Shown: positions 63,517-64,000 of the stretch, piece after piece
How the letters are laid out: every line of letters begins with the position of its first letter
Numbering within the stretch: position 1 is the first letter of the stretch
NCBI GenBank assembly: GCA_028821475.1
Contig: JAPPGB010000073.1
Coordinates: 71,485-135,484, forward strand
Source: Spirochaetaceae bacterium
GTDB lineage: Bacteria > Spirochaetota > Spirochaetia > SZUA-6 > Bin103
Length of the DNA stretch: 64,000 nucleotides
Reading direction: 5' to 3'
Translations under genes and position numbers: made by a program
The notes under the pieces: generated by a model
Told to the model about the DNA's origin: nothing
The model's database searches: none
The model's input: only the letters and a program-made list of their open reading frames with translations

Positions 63517-64000
63517 GTGCTGGTGACGGATGAACTGACGCGGCGGGCGATGGCGGCGGTTGCGGAGGCGGCGCCGCGGGCGGCGGCCGATCCGGCGCGG
63601 CCGGTGTATCACTTCCTGCCGCCGGCGCAGTGGATGAACGACGTGCACGGCGCCTTCCACCACCGCGGCTGGTACCACGTGTTCTTCCAGTTCCTGCCCT
63701 GGAGCGATGACATCACCGAGGTAAAGGCGCGCGGTATCGGCTGGGGGCACGCGCGCAGCCGCGACCTGGTGCACTGGCAGTTCCTGCCGCCGGCGCTGCT
63801 GCCGCGGCCGGAGGACGGCGCGCGCTCTCTCGCCTCCGGCAGTTCGTGGATCCGCACCGACGGCGTGCCGATGCTGTTCTACACCCACACGCCGGTCGGC
63901 TTCCCGGAGCGGAAGCGCGAGCCACGCGGCGCCCTGCCGGTCGACGACGAGTTGCGCGTCTGGCGCACGGTCGACCTGGGGCTCGCCCCCGGTAACAGCG
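63517..64000 (+). CDS. Glycoside hydrolase family 32 (partial, continues past the window end)
   Basis: Own translation from GTG 63517 gives ...PVYHFLPPAQWMNDVHGAFHHRGWYHVFFQFLPW...WGHARSRDLVHW, a GH32 WMNDPNG-type N-terminal block. There is an in-frame stop at 63502. Confidence 0.7.
   Translation, partial: MLVTDELTRRAMAAVAEAAPRAAADPARPVYHFLPPAQWMNDVHGAFHHRGWYHVFFQFLPWSDDITEVKARGIGWGHARSRDLVHWQFLPPALLPRPEDGARSLASGSSWIRTDGVPMLFYTHTPVGFPERKREPRGALPVDDELRVWRTVDLGLAPGNS

Noticed and set aside
1-64000. Search by eye for rRNA, tRNA, IS elements, integrases, phage genes, retron or DGR reverse transcriptases and cas genes
   Set aside because: None was recognised in the translations or in the intergenic regions inspected (22.1-22.3, 23.5-23.8, 26.5-26.9, 42.9-43.1 kb). 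A proper tRNAscan, Infernal or ISfinder run could still find small elements I missed.

Overview
GC-rich bacterial chromosomal window; I cannot assign a taxon from sequence alone. Core-type metabolic and transport genes are interrupted by several accessory or defence patches.

Core blocks:
- 0.6-12.2 kb: polysaccharide deacetylase, GH116 glycosidase, an Opp/Dpp-type ABC importer and a sugar ABC importer. Neither importer has an ATPase gene nearby.
- 27.2-43.0 kb: aldo-keto reductase, CRTAC1-like FG-GAP protein, Baeyer-Villiger monooxygenase, Ldh_2 oxidoreductase, YceI, AlkZ/YcaQ-like protein, PhyH dioxygenase, TPP enzyme, a tandem-fused family III CoA-transferase and a beta-lactamase-fold hydrolase.
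- 52.8-56.6 kb: terpenoid-cyclase-like protein, HpcH aldolase, PhyH and an NHL propeller.
- 59.8-64.0 kb: sulfatase, GNAT, DUF4143 ATPase and a GH32 start.

Accessory patches:
- An orphan higA-like gene at the left edge.
- A Phd/VapC pair at 8.3-9.0 kb.
- A 15 kb island at 12.3-27.2 kb. It holds HicAB, TacA with a decayed TacT, a protein built from 54-bp tandem repeats, and a complete type I R-M operon. In that operon HsdM carries a C-terminal PIN domain, and a DUF433/DUF5615 pair is embedded between hsdS and hsdR. The island also holds a DUF1828 cassette, a P-loop-less ABC/SMC-type ATPase remnant, an M23 peptidase and a mosaic of duplicated gene fragments.
- An island at 43.0-52.8 kb. Its core is a tightly coupled cassette on the minus strand, in transcription order: PIN, an unknown 288-aa protein, a DEAD-box helicase with DUF1998 (frameshifted), a RecQ-PRTase fusion and a DprA-like protein with two wHTH repeats. 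I cannot match this cassette to a named system and consider it the most interesting object in the window. A decayed AAA ATPase/DUF4276 pair sits beside it.
- HicAB plus two PF10127-type nucleotidyltransferases and a truncated helicase at 56.6-59.8 kb.

No rRNA, tRNA, CRISPR array, transposase or integrase was recognised by eye. Frameshifts and truncations are concentrated in the accessory genes. All calls rest on reading the supplied translations and the DNA; no searches were run.
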